Shown: positions 27,305 through 37,698, counted from the stretch's first letter. The stretch: 46,393 nucleotides of DNA from Desulfobacterales bacterium (GCA_030145525.1 JAQYVL010000120.1:1-46393), one strand, 5' to 3'. The notes: a model not told the origin generated them from the letters alone. Numbers and translations: made by a program.

Positions 27305-28050
27305 CTTCGGCACCAGGGGGTGTTTTGATTTGTCTTGCAGTACTCGCGTATGTTCCGGAATTTAACCGATACAGCCTCATAGTTTGTGAGAAGATCCTTC
27401 AAACCTTTTGTCAAAAATTTTCCGGTCAGCGTTGCGCCGCTGATACCGTCCACATAATGGCTGTAGCGCTCCTTTGGAACGCTGTCCGCTGCCTTTCCCT
27501 TTGCAATTGAAATAGCAACAAACGCTCCGGAAGGCTCAATGATTTTCTTGCCCACAAAATTATTTTGAAACCAGTTCTGTTCTATCTCCCCGCCCAGCCC
27601 GGGGGTTTCGGAATGTTTATAGATTGTGAATCCCATAATTGTTGATCCATCATTTTTGATAGCGATATAGCCTAAAATTTTCCCCCACAGACCTCTGGTG
27701 TCGACAGGAATAATATAGGCTTCTATTAAACCTTTCTGATTTATGTAAAGATAGATAGGCAAACCCCATTTATCTGCCGGGGTACCATCACGGTTCTCTC
27801 CCAGCAAATCACCTTTTTCATCGACCAGCAGCCGGGAAATATTCCTCTCATAGATATTATCGATTTGAGCGGCAGAATATTGCTTATGCTTTTGTATCAG
27901 CCCCACTGATTTTAGAATGTTCTTCCTTCGATCGCTCATAATATTTCTCTGCTGAATGTCCTTCAAACCGTTCGATGCGGCCGTAAGCAGCGTGCCGCAT
28001 ACCAGACATAAAACCGCAGCAAATATTATGGATCGAGACCTGTCAGACAT
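27301..28050 (-). CDS. nqrC: Na+-NQR subunit C (covalent FMN)
   Basis: N-terminal anchor and FMN attachment motif DGISGATLTG. Confidence 0.87.
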   Translation of the reverse strand: MSDRSRSIIFAAVLCLVCGTLLTAASNGLKDIQQRNIMSDRRKNILKSVGLIQKHKQYSAAQIDNIYERNISRLLVDEKGDLLGENRDGTPADKWGLPIYLYINQKGLIEAYIIPVDTRGLWGKILGYIAIKNDGSTIMGFTIYKHSETPGLGGEIEQNWFQNNFVGKKIIEPSGAFVAISIAKGKAADSVPKERYSHYVDGISGATLTGKFLTKGLKDLLTNYEAVSVKFRNIREYCKTNQNTPWCRR

Positions 28051-29227
28051 TTAAAATCCTATTTTTCAGCTTAAACTTGATCTCAATATGGTCCAGCAAG
28101 GGCGAAAACAGATTCATAAAAAGAATTGCCATCATAACACCCTCCGGATAGGCAGGGTTGAAAACGCGAATCAAAACAGTCAACGTGCCGATGGCAAAAC
28201 CATAAATCCATTTCACATGATCCATTCCCGGTGCTGAAACCGGATCTGTTGCCATATATGCAATTCCAAAGGCAAAACCGCCCATTATCAGATGATAGAA
28301 TGGCGGCAGGGCCATCCATGGATTTGCCTGGGGCCCCGCGAAAAGATTCAACACAAGGCCGGTGATGTATACACCAAGGATTCCTCCCGCAATAATCCGG
28401 TAGGAAGCGACCCCAGCCAGAACCAAAATAATCGCACCGACGAGGCAGCAGAGTGCTGAAGTGCCTCCGATGCTTCCCGGATATCCGCCGAGAAAAAGTT
28501 TTGTAACCGTGAAACCTACTTTTTCAAGGACACTTTCTATATTATCGCCTGCCACAGCCAGGTTTGAAAAAGCAAGGGGTGTGGCGCTGGAGACTGCGTC
28601 CACGGCCTCTTTCGCAAAACTGCCGGCCGCAACCCAAACGGAATCACCCGACATTTTTGTAGGATAAGCAAAAAACAAAAATGCTCTGCCTGTAAGGGCC
28701 GGATTAAAAATATTACGCCCGGTACCTCCGAATACTTCTTTTCCGATTACAACCCCGAAAGAAATCCCGACAGCAGCCTGCCAAAGCGGGACAGACGGCG
28801 GCAGCGTCAGTGGGAACAGAAGCCCTGTGACGAGGAATCCCTCACTGATAGGGTGTTTCCGCAAAGAAGCGAACAGGATTTCCCAGAAAAAACCAACCGC
28901 ATACGATACCATCACCAGGGGAAGAACAATTAAAGCTCCCTGAAAAAAAACAGTGGAGAAATCAAGAGACATGCCTGTCGCCTTGCAGGATTGCCATCCG
29001 GTATTGTAGATCCCGAAAACAGATGGCGGTATCAATGCAAGGATGACGAAACTCATAAAACGCTTCATATCCAGATTATCCCGAACAAAAGGACTGTTTT
29101 TTATGAGTATGCCCGGAAAAAAGAAAAACGTTTCAGTTGCCTCGAACAGAGGGTGAAGCATTCTGAACTTCCCCTTCTCTTCAAAATGCTTTCGCTGAGA
29201 ATCGAAAATTTTCTGAATCATTTTCAT
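28043..29227 (-). CDS. nqrB: Na+-NQR subunit B (covalent FMN)
   Basis: Polytopic membrane protein with FMN attachment-type motif DAVSSATPLA. N-terminus resembles NqrB. Confidence 0.9.
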   Translation of the reverse strand: MKMIQKIFDSQRKHFEEKGKFRMLHPLFEATETFFFFPGILIKNSPFVRDNLDMKRFMSFVILALIPPSVFGIYNTGWQSCKATGMSLDFSTVFFQGALIVLPLVMVSYAVGFFWEILFASLRKHPISEGFLVTGLLFPLTLPPSVPLWQAAVGISFGVVIGKEVFGGTGRNIFNPALTGRAFLFFAYPTKMSGDSVWVAAGSFAKEAVDAVSSATPLAFSNLAVAGDNIESVLEKVGFTVTKLFLGGYPGSIGGTSALCCLVGAIILVLAGVASYRIIAGGILGVYITGLVLNLFAGPQANPWMALPPFYHLIMGGFAFGIAYMATDPVSAPGMDHVKWIYGFAIGTLTVLIRVFNPAYPEGVMMAILFMNLFSPLLDHIEIKFKLKNRILNV

Positions 29228-29238
29228 ATGGGTTTCGT

Positions 29239-30564
29239 TTACACTTTCTCCTTATAATATTCATGTCTTGCTTTTTTCAATGTCTCACAGATTTCGATCT
29301 TGGAAGGGCAGACATAGGAGCACAATCCGCATGCCACACAATCGAGAAGGCCGTGAGACAATGCTTCTTCAACGGAATCCGCTCCAACACACTTCAGCGT
29401 AAACTGCGGCAGAATATCCACCGGGCAAATTTTTACGCACGTGCCGCAATTCACGCAGGCTCTCTTTTCACCATGCATCCCGCTGTCAAAATCAACATTT
29501 TTTTTATAAAACATGGACAGGAATGTTCGGGAGACGCTGGGTTTTTTAAATCCAGGCCGTAAAAAACCAAAAAGTTCCGATTCATCGCCATCAGGAATAC
29601 GGATCAGTGAGGTCTCATAAAATCCAAGGTAGGAGCCGCTATCCAGCGCATATCCCGTGAACAGACCGCCTGCAATGCAGCGCTCCTCCGGCAAAATACC
29701 AGTCACCAGATCCTTAGTCGGAACGCCGAGCCTTGTCAGAAAATGTCTTCTGCTATCAATCAGACTTCCGCCGGTAGACACGATTCTTTCAGTCACATAT
29801 CTTCCGGTTCTGAGCAGTCCGGCGATCATAAGGAGATCCTGGCCGGATAGATACCAGCTCAGATTTTCAGCAGAAGTTTTTTTGGTGTGATATAGAATAA
29901 CACCCGGATCATTGGCAGGATAACGGCCGGATACCCGGTGTGTTATCAAATGGTCAAACCCATTTTTTGTGAAGTCACATGCGGTTACATTGACATGTTC
30001 CACCAGTTTTTTAAAAATCTCTAATCCAAAGGCAAACAACTCCTCCTTCCCCTTTAGATAGACTGTTGGAGATGGCTGGAACGGATCCTGGCCGTCCAGT
30101 GTGACCCAGACAGAAGACGGCCGGGCATCCGGGTTTGCGATATCCCGGAAGGGGAGCTCCCGGATAAGGGGCCACGCACCGCCCTGCAGTAAAATGCGTA
30201 TCAGATTTTCCCTGCCCAGCGCCTCAAGATCTTTTTCCGTTATCTTCCGAAATTCTTCATACTGCTCTTCGGCATCCAGCCTGATCACAATTTCTCGAAT
30301 AACCCGCCGGAGTCCATAGTTAATTTCAACGACCTCTCCTCCTCCCGGAGACAGAAACTTCAAATCCGTGTTTCGTTTATCTTCAAACAGGGCTGTACCT
30401 ATTTTAACGAAATCTCCGACTTTTACCAGCAGTCTCGGCTTTATAAACTCGATACGCTCGGGCAATGCTGCAACACGAAGAGGAGGTTTCAACTCTTCCA
30501 GATCAGGGGAAGGCGCTCCTGTTATGTTCAGATTATGCCCTTTGGAAATTTTTACAGCAATCAT
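29239..30564 (-). CDS. nqrA: Na+-NQR subunit A carrying an RnfC-type C-terminal 2x[4Fe-4S] ferredoxin domain
   Basis: The N-terminus is collinear with NqrA (ALFEDKRNTDLKFLSPGGGEVVEINYGLRRV). The C-terminus has CVNCGTCVKICP and CVACGLCSYVCP (nt 29305-29457). No RnfC GxGGAGFP FMN/NADH motif was seen. Confidence 0.8.
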   Translation of the reverse strand: MIAVKISKGHNLNITGAPSPDLEELKPPLRVAALPERIEFIKPRLLVKVGDFVKIGTALFEDKRNTDLKFLSPGGGEVVEINYGLRRVIREIVIRLDAEEQYEEFRKITEKDLEALGRENLIRILLQGGAWPLIRELPFRDIANPDARPSSVWVTLDGQDPFQPSPTVYLKGKEELFAFGLEIFKKLVEHVNVTACDFTKNGFDHLITHRVSGRYPANDPGVILYHTKKTSAENLSWYLSGQDLLMIAGLLRTGRYVTERIVSTGGSLIDSRRHFLTRLGVPTKDLVTGILPEERCIAGGLFTGYALDSGSYLGFYETSLIRIPDGDESELFGFLRPGFKKPSVSRTFLSMFYKKNVDFDSGMHGEKRACVNCGTCVKICPVDILPQFTLKCVGADSVEEALSHGLLDCVACGLCSYVCPSKIEICETLKKARHEYYKEKV

Positions 30565-30585
30565 AAAAACCTGTTTCCCCGAATT

Positions 30586-33500
30586 TCAGCTTGAAGGAGT
30601 TTTTTTAAAAAAAAGTGCAAAATAGGTAACCGGAACCACCAGAAGCGTAAACGCCGTCGATGCAAAAAGTCCGAAAATAAGAGCCCATGCAAGCCCGGAA
30701 AAGACAGGGTCAAGTGTAATGGGCCATGCACCGAGGGCTGTTGTCATAGCTGTGAGAAGTATCGGCCGCATCCGGATGGCTCCGCTTTGAAGAATAGCCT
30801 CTTTCAGGGATGTCCCTCTCTGTATTTCATCCTGAATAAACTCAATGAGAACCAGAGAATTTCGAATCACAATACCGCCCAGCGCGATCATACCGATCAT
30901 GCTGGTTGCTGTAAAAAAAACAGGGTTCTGAAACCCACCCACGGAATCTGCCGTAAAAAGATTGAGCAGCCAGAATCCGGGCATGATCCCTAACAGCGTC
31001 AAAGGGATCGCCATCATAATTAACATAGGCATGAAGAAGGAATTGGATTGGATCACAAGAAGGATATAGATGCCGATCATTGCCGCGGCAAAGGCAATCC
31101 CCATGTCCCGGAACACCCGAATAGTGATTTTCCATTCACCTTCCCCGGACCATTTCACGCTGATATCTGAGGGAAGGGCATCTTTTTTCAACCGCTGCTG
31201 CATATCGATAACTGCTTCGGCCGGTGCACGCCCGGCAGTCTCGCCTGTAACATAAACCACTCTGTCGAGATTCTTGTGATAAATCGTCTGATCCTTACGG
31301 ATGTGGACAATTTCAACAAGTTCCGCAAGGGGAACCATCTTTCCTGCGGCGGTTTTGATCGGTATCCGCGACAGATCCACGATTCCGGATTTTTTATCCC
31401 TGGGAAGGATCGTTTTAATCACCAGGGGCTGTCTCTCAGCGCTCTTATGAACAGTTGCAGCCATTGAGCCGCCGACAGCGGTTTTCAATGTGCTGATGAT
31501 TGAATGGGTGGTAACGCCGTGAAGGGCCGCTTTTTCCTTATCCAGAATAAAATCGATTTTATCGTGGGGGGTTTCTGTCATATCATCCACATCCACGACA
31601 AACGGCTCTGTCGACATCAATTTTTTAATATGCTGCGCACCGTCAATCAACTGTTCGTAAGTGCGATCCGGCGAACCATAAATTTCAGCCACTATGGTGG
31701 ACAGGACCGGCGGCCCCGGAGGAACTTCAACTATTTTGATATCGGCTCGATTTTCAGAAGCGATTTTCTCCAGATCTTTCCTGAGCCTTAGAGCAATTTC
31801 ATGACTCTGCTGACTTCGAAGACCCTTATCCGCCAGATTGATCCGAATATCTGCTAGGTGACTGCCTTTTCTCAGATAATAATGCCGGACCAGCCCGTTA
31901 AAATCAATTGGGGATGCCTCACCCACAAAAGAAACAGTACTTGTTATTTCGGGAACCGTCCGCAGATAATCCTCAAAAGAACGAACGACAGCATCCGTTG
32001 TTTCCAGAGTTGTCCCCTCCGGCATGTCGATTACGATCTGAAATTCATCCTTGTTGTCAAACGGAAGCAGCTTCAGAGGAACGAAACGGAAGAGGGCCAG
32101 ACCGCATGAAAAAAAAAGCAGCATGATGATAACTGCCGTCAGCAGATAACGTTTTCCTTTTGATTCCAGAAATGGAGAAACCGCCCCTCGATATATCCGG
32201 GTGATCATCGTATCAGTTGATCCGGAAGGGCTGTCCGCGGAAGAATGGTTTTCGCCGCCCACTACTCCCTTTAAAAGCTGATGGGTAAACCAGGGCACAA
32301 TGGTGATTGCGCATACAGTTGAGAAGATAACGGTGAGAGGCACATTGACGGCCATGGGACCCATGTAGGGGCCCATCATTCCGGTAATGAAAAAAAGAGG
32401 TGTAAAGCAAAGGATGATCGCAATCGTAGACATGATGACCGGCGGGAGCACTTCATCCACGGCAAACAAAGTGGCGATGTCCGGTTTAAATCGCCTCTTG
32501 AAAATATGCCTCTGTATGTTATCCACATTGGTTATGGGGTCATCCACAACAAGACCTAAAGAAAGAATAAGCGCGAAAAGCGTCACCCGGTTAATGGTAT
32601 AACCGAACATATAGTTCACAAAAAGGGCAAGGGAAAAACTGATCGGCACCGCCAGAGCAACTACTAAAGCCTCCCGCCATCCCAGGGCGATAGCGAGAAG
32701 CACAACCACCGTAATGACGGCAAAGACAAGAGAGCTCATCAGATCATTTACTTTCTGCTGGGCGGTTCGTCCGTAATTTCGTATTACCTCCACTTTTACG
32801 CCGGAAGGAATGGTATCTTTTCGCAGTTCTTCCAATTTATCCAGAATCTCTCGCGATACGGTAACGGCATTGGTTCCTTTTTTCTTCGCCAGAGCCAGCG
32901 TAACAGCCGAGTATGTCAGTGGGCTATGGGCTGCGTCTTCTTTTTCCCGATAATAATGTGAGAAGCTAATTCGAGAATAGGCTTCGGCCTCTTCCGGTCC
33001 ATCGATAACATCGGCGATATCTCTCAAATAGACCGGACGCCCCTGATTCACCCCGACCACCAGTGATGAAACCTGATCGACAGAGGAAAGAAAAGAATTA
33101 CTTGTAACGGTGTACTCCCGGTTGAAGCGTGAATAAGAACCTGCAGTTACGGAAGCGTCTGCACCGGCCAGTGACTGCTGAACCTCCGGTATGGAAACGC
33201 CCAGTCCGGCCATTTTTTCAGGCTGGAGCTCCACCCGAATCTCCCGCTTTCTGCCGCCTATGATTTCGGTTCTGGAAATATCCTTTACTTCCGAAAGGCG
33301 GGACAACACTTCCTCCCCGATTCGCCGCAGCTGGTGATCGTCATATATTTCGGAATAAAGAGTCAGGCTGACAATTGGCACATCATCGATTTCCACCGGT
33401 TTAATCACCCAGCCTTTTACGATGGAGGGAACCTGATCTACGTTCATAGTAATCTTGTTATGCAGCTTGACCAGGGACTTTTCCCTGTCCTCGCCCACAT

Positions 33501-33819
33501 AGAAACGAACCGTGACAATAGCCATGTCCTGGCTCGCCATGGAATAAACATATTCGACTCCGTCAATTTGCCAGAGCAGCCTTTCCAGAGGGGTTGCCAC
33601 CAGTTTTTCAACTTCGGCAGGATTGGCCCCGGGTGCGTGAACATACACATCAGCCATGGGAACTACAATCTGGGGCTCCTCTTCCCTTGGAGTAACCAGA
33701 ACGGCTGCCAATCCAAGACAAAGTGAGAGTACAATCAAAATCAACGAAAGATGAGATGTTAGAAACTTGTCGACAATACCGACGATAAAACCTTTGGGCC
33801 GAGAACCGTTTTCAATCAT
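30586..33819 (-). CDS. RND-family efflux transporter permease (AcrB/CzcA superfamily, 12 TM)
   Basis: About 1077 aa with two large periplasmic loops and typical RND TM blocks. ATG at 33819 forms an ATGA overlap with the adaptor gene stop. Substrate class could not be determined by eye. Confidence 0.9.
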   Translation of the reverse strand: MIENGSRPKGFIVGIVDKFLTSHLSLILIVLSLCLGLAAVLVTPREEEPQIVVPMADVYVHAPGANPAEVEKLVATPLERLLWQIDGVEYVYSMASQDMAIVTVRFYVGEDREKSLVKLHNKITMNVDQVPSIVKGWVIKPVEIDDVPIVSLTLYSEIYDDHQLRRIGEEVLSRLSEVKDISRTEIIGGRKREIRVELQPEKMAGLGVSIPEVQQSLAGADASVTAGSYSRFNREYTVTSNSFLSSVDQVSSLVVGVNQGRPVYLRDIADVIDGPEEAEAYSRISFSHYYREKEDAAHSPLTYSAVTLALAKKKGTNAVTVSREILDKLEELRKDTIPSGVKVEVIRNYGRTAQQKVNDLMSSLVFAVITVVVLLAIALGWREALVVALAVPISFSLALFVNYMFGYTINRVTLFALILSLGLVVDDPITNVDNIQRHIFKRRFKPDIATLFAVDEVLPPVIMSTIAIILCFTPLFFITGMMGPYMGPMAVNVPLTVIFSTVCAITIVPWFTHQLLKGVVGGENHSSADSPSGSTDTMITRIYRGAVSPFLESKGKRYLLTAVIIMLLFFSCGLALFRFVPLKLLPFDNKDEFQIVIDMPEGTTLETTDAVVRSFEDYLRTVPEITSTVSFVGEASPIDFNGLVRHYYLRKGSHLADIRINLADKGLRSQQSHEIALRLRKDLEKIASENRADIKIVEVPPGPPVLSTIVAEIYGSPDRTYEQLIDGAQHIKKLMSTEPFVVDVDDMTETPHDKIDFILDKEKAALHGVTTHSIISTLKTAVGGSMAATVHKSAERQPLVIKTILPRDKKSGIVDLSRIPIKTAAGKMVPLAELVEIVHIRKDQTIYHKNLDRVVYVTGETAGRAPAEAVIDMQQRLKKDALPSDISVKWSGEGEWKITIRVFRDMGIAFAAAMIGIYILLVIQSNSFFMPMLIMMAIPLTLLGIMPGFWLLNLFTADSVGGFQNPVFFTATSMIGMIALGGIVIRNSLVLIEFIQDEIQRGTSLKEAILQSGAIRMRPILLTAMTTALGAWPITLDPVFSGLAWALIFGLFASTAFTLLVVPVTYFALFFKKTPSS

Positions 33820-34961
33820 TTGGTCGCCCCTCCCCAACCGATAATTTCGTCACCTGACAATCCGGACAGAACTTCAATATTTCCGTCAGTCGCCCGGCCT
33901 GTTTTAATATAACGCGTCTTCCAGCCTTTTTTATCCTTGATCCAGACCAGTTCCAGCTGTCCTACCTGCCGCACGGATTCTTTTGGAATCGTAACAGCCG
34001 AATGTTCCCTGGCCGGAATCAACAGTTTTCCAAACATGCCTGGATAGAGCCCGGGAATATGCGGCAGCGACACCTTGACAAGAAAAGTTCGTGTATGGGG
34101 ATCGGCATAGGGTACAATTTCTTCTACGACCGCGTCGACGATCCGGTTCAATGTGCTGATGTCCACACGGAGCTGAATTCCCGGTTTAACCTTCTCGATC
34201 AGTCCTTCCCGTACATATGCCTCGAGCCTCAACAGACCGCTGGTTCTTAATGTTATCAAAGGTTTTCCCGGAAGCGCCAGATCACCGGGTTCCACAAGGC
34301 GATTCAACACTTCGCCGGAAGCAGGTGCTTTTATCTTCGTATAGCCCAAGGCGATTTCAGCTTCATTAACGACCTGCTGCGTCTTCCTGATCATGGCACT
34401 GGCCCCGGCTAATGCCTCTTTGGTCCTTTTCAGACCAGCCTGAGCCTGCAGGTAAGTCGATTCCGCTTTTTCAAGATCCTGGGAAGTGGCAGCCTGGGAT
34501 TTAAAATAGTTTTTGGTGCGATTGTAAGCAAGCTTTGCCTCGGAAAAAGCCGCCCCGGAAGCGATAACCGCCTGCTTGGCCTGTTTCTCTCCGGCTGCCG
34601 CCGCCTTCAGGGATTCTCTGACCTGATCAAGCCGCGATAAAAACTGCCGATTATCCAGTGAAATCAGCAGCTGACCTTTTTGTACCCTGTCCCCGGATTT
34701 GACAAGCACATCAATGACCTGAGCAGTCACCTGGGCTTGAATACTGGCTTCGGTACGGGGACGAATTGTCCCGACTGCTTCATACCAATCGATTATACGA
34801 GTAACGGTTACCTTGGTAGTAGACTCGGGCGAGAAGCTGCTATGGAAAGGAGACTGGACAACAGCAGGATCAATTTTTTCTTTGGAGAAAAAACTGTACA
34901 ATATGATAAACACCAAACACACGCCGGCAATCAAAATAAGAATGAGTCCCTTCTTCATCAT
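33816..34961 (-). CDS. RND efflux periplasmic adaptor (membrane fusion protein)
   Basis: N-terminal anchor, coiled-coil hairpin region ([13 protein letters not shown]...LKRTKEALAGA) and beta-barrel C-terminus. Translationally coupled on both sides. Confidence 0.87.
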   Translation of the reverse strand: MMKKGLILILIAGVCLVFIILYSFFSKEKIDPAVVQSPFHSSFSPESTTKVTVTRIIDWYEAVGTIRPRTEASIQAQVTAQVIDVLVKSGDRVQKGQLLISLDNRQFLSRLDQVRESLKAAAAGEKQAKQAVIASGAAFSEAKLAYNRTKNYFKSQAATSQDLEKAESTYLQAQAGLKRTKEALAGASAMIRKTQQVVNEAEIALGYTKIKAPASGEVLNRLVEPGDLALPGKPLITLRTSGLLRLEAYVREGLIEKVKPGIQLRVDISTLNRIVDAVVEEIVPYADPHTRTFLVKVSLPHIPGLYPGMFGKLLIPAREHSAVTIPKESVRQVGQLELVWIKDKKGWKTRYIKTGRATDGNIEVLSGLSGDEIIGWGGATK

Positions 34962-36406
34962 TTTAATTCTCCTGCATTATCATCAGGCATTAGCCGGGAA
35001 AACGGATTTCCAGGTTGATTTTCTACAAAAAGCCCAACCGCTCTTCCGACATCTGAATACGCCTTTTCCCGGTCATAATAGGCGGCAGTTGATCTCGTTC
35101 TTGCAGAATTTCTTGTCAATTCTGCTTCCAGGTATCGGGTGATCGTCACGGAACCGCCATCATACTGTTTTTTTACCAGTTGAAGCGACTCTTCAGCCAT
35201 CTCCACACTGCTCCTTGCGACTTCCAGCCTCGCTTCAGCTTCTTCCAGTTTCAGGCAAGCGGTTTTTACATCAAGCTTAACTTCCAGAAGAGCCTTACGG
35301 TCAGCGGCCAGCAATTCTTCAAGGGCAGCCGAAGACATTTCTTTATTTGATTTAGTCGAGAATCCCGTAAAAATATCCCAGTTCAGAACAATTGCAGTCA
35401 TCCAGTTTTGACGGTCTTTTTCATATTCCAAATCCGGATCGTCAAAATAGTATTTGCCTTGGATATCCACTGTCGGGAGGTAGCCGGCATGCGCTATATC
35501 AAGAGACATCCGGGCTTTCTCCAGATTTTTACGGACCATTTTCAGTTCCGGTCTTTTTTTTATCGCTTCCATGACACAGGAAGCAAAGTCTCCCGGAATT
35601 TGAATGGAAGGCTGTACTTCTTTGCGCAGAATGATATCCTTCTCTGCGGATACACCCAAAATATTGGCAAGAATTGCCCGACCAATCTTCTGCTGATTGT
35701 TGCTTCTGACCAGATCCTCATTCGCCTGCGCAAGTCGGACTTTCAACGAAAGGATATCCGACTTCAATGCACCGCCCCCTTCAAAGCGAACCGTCATAAC
35801 CCTGAGTTGTTCGGAGACAGTGGCCACGGATTCTGTTGCAATTTTGATGTAATCCTGTGCGGCAAGCAAATTATAATAGCTCTGTATTACGGATGCCACC
35901 AGGGCATTTTCAACAGCTCTGCGGTCCATACGCTGAATCTCAAGGTCATTTTTGGCAATCCTTCTCTGCAGAATATCCCGGCCGCCATTGTATATATTCA
36001 TTCTGGCCCGGACTCCGGTTTCAAAATTGTCATAACGACCCGGATAATTGAAATCGGTGCCTGCCGCAAGCATACGCTGATCGATTGTTTTGAAAAGATA
36101 AGCAGAGGGCGCGTCACCATGGGAGTATTCCGTGTAAAACCCAAGGTAAGGGTAAAAAAGGGAATCTGTCCGGCATAACATGGCTTCTGCCTTACGAATC
36201 CTTGCAGCGGCCATGTTGCTGTCAGGGTTGTTGGCAAGAGCGATCCGGATGGCGTCTTTCAGGGTTATCGGTTTGCTCAAATTACAGCTCCCTTTTCCGG
36301 AACTGTCTTCTGCTGAACTTAACCTGCAAACCATACCAGAAACGATCAAAAGAGAAAATATGAGGCTATATACCCGTAACAAATAGAAATAATTCGGTAT
36401 TTTCAT
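34958..36406 (-). CDS. TolC-family outer membrane efflux protein
   Basis: Signal sequence and two repeats of the OEP-type helical/beta pattern. Its stop overlaps the adaptor gene start (4-nt overlap). Confidence 0.85.
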   Translation of the reverse strand: MKIPNYFYLLRVYSLIFSLLIVSGMVCRLSSAEDSSGKGSCNLSKPITLKDAIRIALANNPDSNMAAARIRKAEAMLCRTDSLFYPYLGFYTEYSHGDAPSAYLFKTIDQRMLAAGTDFNYPGRYDNFETGVRARMNIYNGGRDILQRRIAKNDLEIQRMDRRAVENALVASVIQSYYNLLAAQDYIKIATESVATVSEQLRVMTVRFEGGGALKSDILSLKVRLAQANEDLVRSNNQQKIGRAILANILGVSAEKDIILRKEVQPSIQIPGDFASCVMEAIKKRPELKMVRKNLEKARMSLDIAHAGYLPTVDIQGKYYFDDPDLEYEKDRQNWMTAIVLNWDIFTGFSTKSNKEMSSAALEELLAADRKALLEVKLDVKTACLKLEEAEARLEVARSSVEMAEESLQLVKKQYDGGSVTITRYLEAELTRNSARTRSTAAYYDREKAYSDVGRAVGLFVENQPGNPFSRLMPDDNAGELK

Positions 36407-36541
36407 TGCAGCACCTAGCCCGAACAGCCATTGCTCTTGAACGGTGAGTGTATACTTACAGAGGACTTTACTAAAAAGCCTTTATCATATCAACTATCTT
36501 TTTATCAATTTTTCTCTGAAACCCGGGTGTAATCAAGGAGC

Positions 36542-36603
36542 AATATGTTTCGTGTCTGTCCGAAACATTTTTCCCAAATTCAAACAGACACGATTCACAT
36601 ATT
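36542..36603 (-). terminator. Long stem-loop immediately after the dfx stop (outer 7-bp and inner 9-bp stems), with an alternative 8-bp hairpin
   Basis: AATATGT/ACATATT and CGTGTCTGT/ACAGACACG pairings read directly. The competing hairpin is ATGTTTCG/CGAAACAT. No clear U-tract on the minus strand. Confidence 0.35.
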
Positions 36604-36977
36604 TATGCCTTCCAATGGCCGTGAAGGTTACAGTACTCCCTGGCCGTTATCTGGCCAGCATCAATTTTAAAAACAGCTTCCGGCGCATCTCCCGGATTTA
36701 AAAACTGACGGTAGGCCTTGCCGTCCGCTATGACTTCGATCCACTCGATATAATGATTATCCTCCATTGGATGCGGAACGCTTCCAACGGTCACCTTTAC
36801 ACCGCCGTCCACTTTTTCGATAACCGGAACATGCTTTTCTTTGGCAGCATCAACCGTGTTTTCTGAAAGAAGCTGCATCGGGCTGCCGCAGCATACCAGT
36901 TCTCCAGCTCCTCCGTGAAGGACTTCAACGATGTTGCCACATGCTTCACACTTATAAACCTCGAGTTTTTCAGCCAT
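36603..36977 (-). CDS. dfx: Desulfoferrodoxin (2Fe superoxide reductase)
   Basis: N-terminal desulforedoxin motif YKCEACGN...VCCG plus a neelaredoxin domain ([29 protein letters not shown]). Confidence 0.92.
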   Translation of the reverse strand: MAEKLEVYKCEACGNIVEVLHGGAGELVCCGSPMQLLSENTVDAAKEKHVPVIEKVDGGVKVTVGSVPHPMEDNHYIEWIEVIADGKAYRQFLNPGDAPEAVFKIDAGQITAREYCNLHGHWKA

Positions 36978-37006
36978 GTTTTTCTCCTTTTCTTTCCAGT
37001 ATTGGT

Positions 37007-37582
37007 TTACCAGTTTTCACCCAGAAGCTCAAAGTAGGCTTTTGGGTGTGCACATGCCGGACATGACTCCACTGCCTCAGAGTCTTCATGTACATAACCG
37101 CAGTTAAGACATCGCCATTTTACCTTTTCCTCTTTTTTAAACACCCGGTCGGCCTCGATATTGGCTGCAAGTTCTTGATACCGCTTTTCATGCTGCCTTT
37201 CCGCAACCGCAATACGCTCAAAAACCAGAGCCACGTCTTCAAAACCTTCTTCCCGTGCGGTTTTAGCAAATCCGGGATACATTTCAGTCTGCTCGTAATG
37301 TTCACCGGCAGCCGCAGCTTTCAGGTTGTCGAGTGTCGAGCCGATAACTCCGGCCGGAAAAGCGCCGACAATCTCCACTTCACCGCCTTCCAGGAATTTG
37401 AAAAATCGTTTTGCATGTTCTTTTTCCTGATTCGCGGTCTCTTCAAACACAAGAGCCATTTGAACATAACCTTCCTTTTTGGCCTTGCCGGCAAAATAGG
37501 TGTATCGATTTCTCGCCTGTGATTCTCCTGCAAACGCCGTTAGAAGATTTTTTTCGGTCTTAGTTCCCTTTAAGCTTGCCAT
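37007..37582 (-). CDS. rbr: Rubrerythrin
   Basis: Diiron four-helix motifs ([23 protein letters not shown]) plus a C-terminal rubredoxin-like CLNCG...CPAC. Confidence 0.92.
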   Translation of the reverse strand: MASLKGTKTEKNLLTAFAGESQARNRYTYFAGKAKKEGYVQMALVFEETANQEKEHAKRFFKFLEGGEVEIVGAFPAGVIGSTLDNLKAAAAGEHYEQTEMYPGFAKTAREEGFEDVALVFERIAVAERQHEKRYQELAANIEADRVFKKEEKVKWRCLNCGYVHEDSEAVESCPACAHPKAYFELLGENW

Positions 37583-37698
37583 ATTAATGTTCCTCCTTAT
37601 CTATTATGCTGAATTTAAGTAAAAGTCTCCCGTCAAATCCTCTCTCGAAAGACTTCAATCTATGGATAACACCCCAAAAAACCTACCGGTCATTTTTC

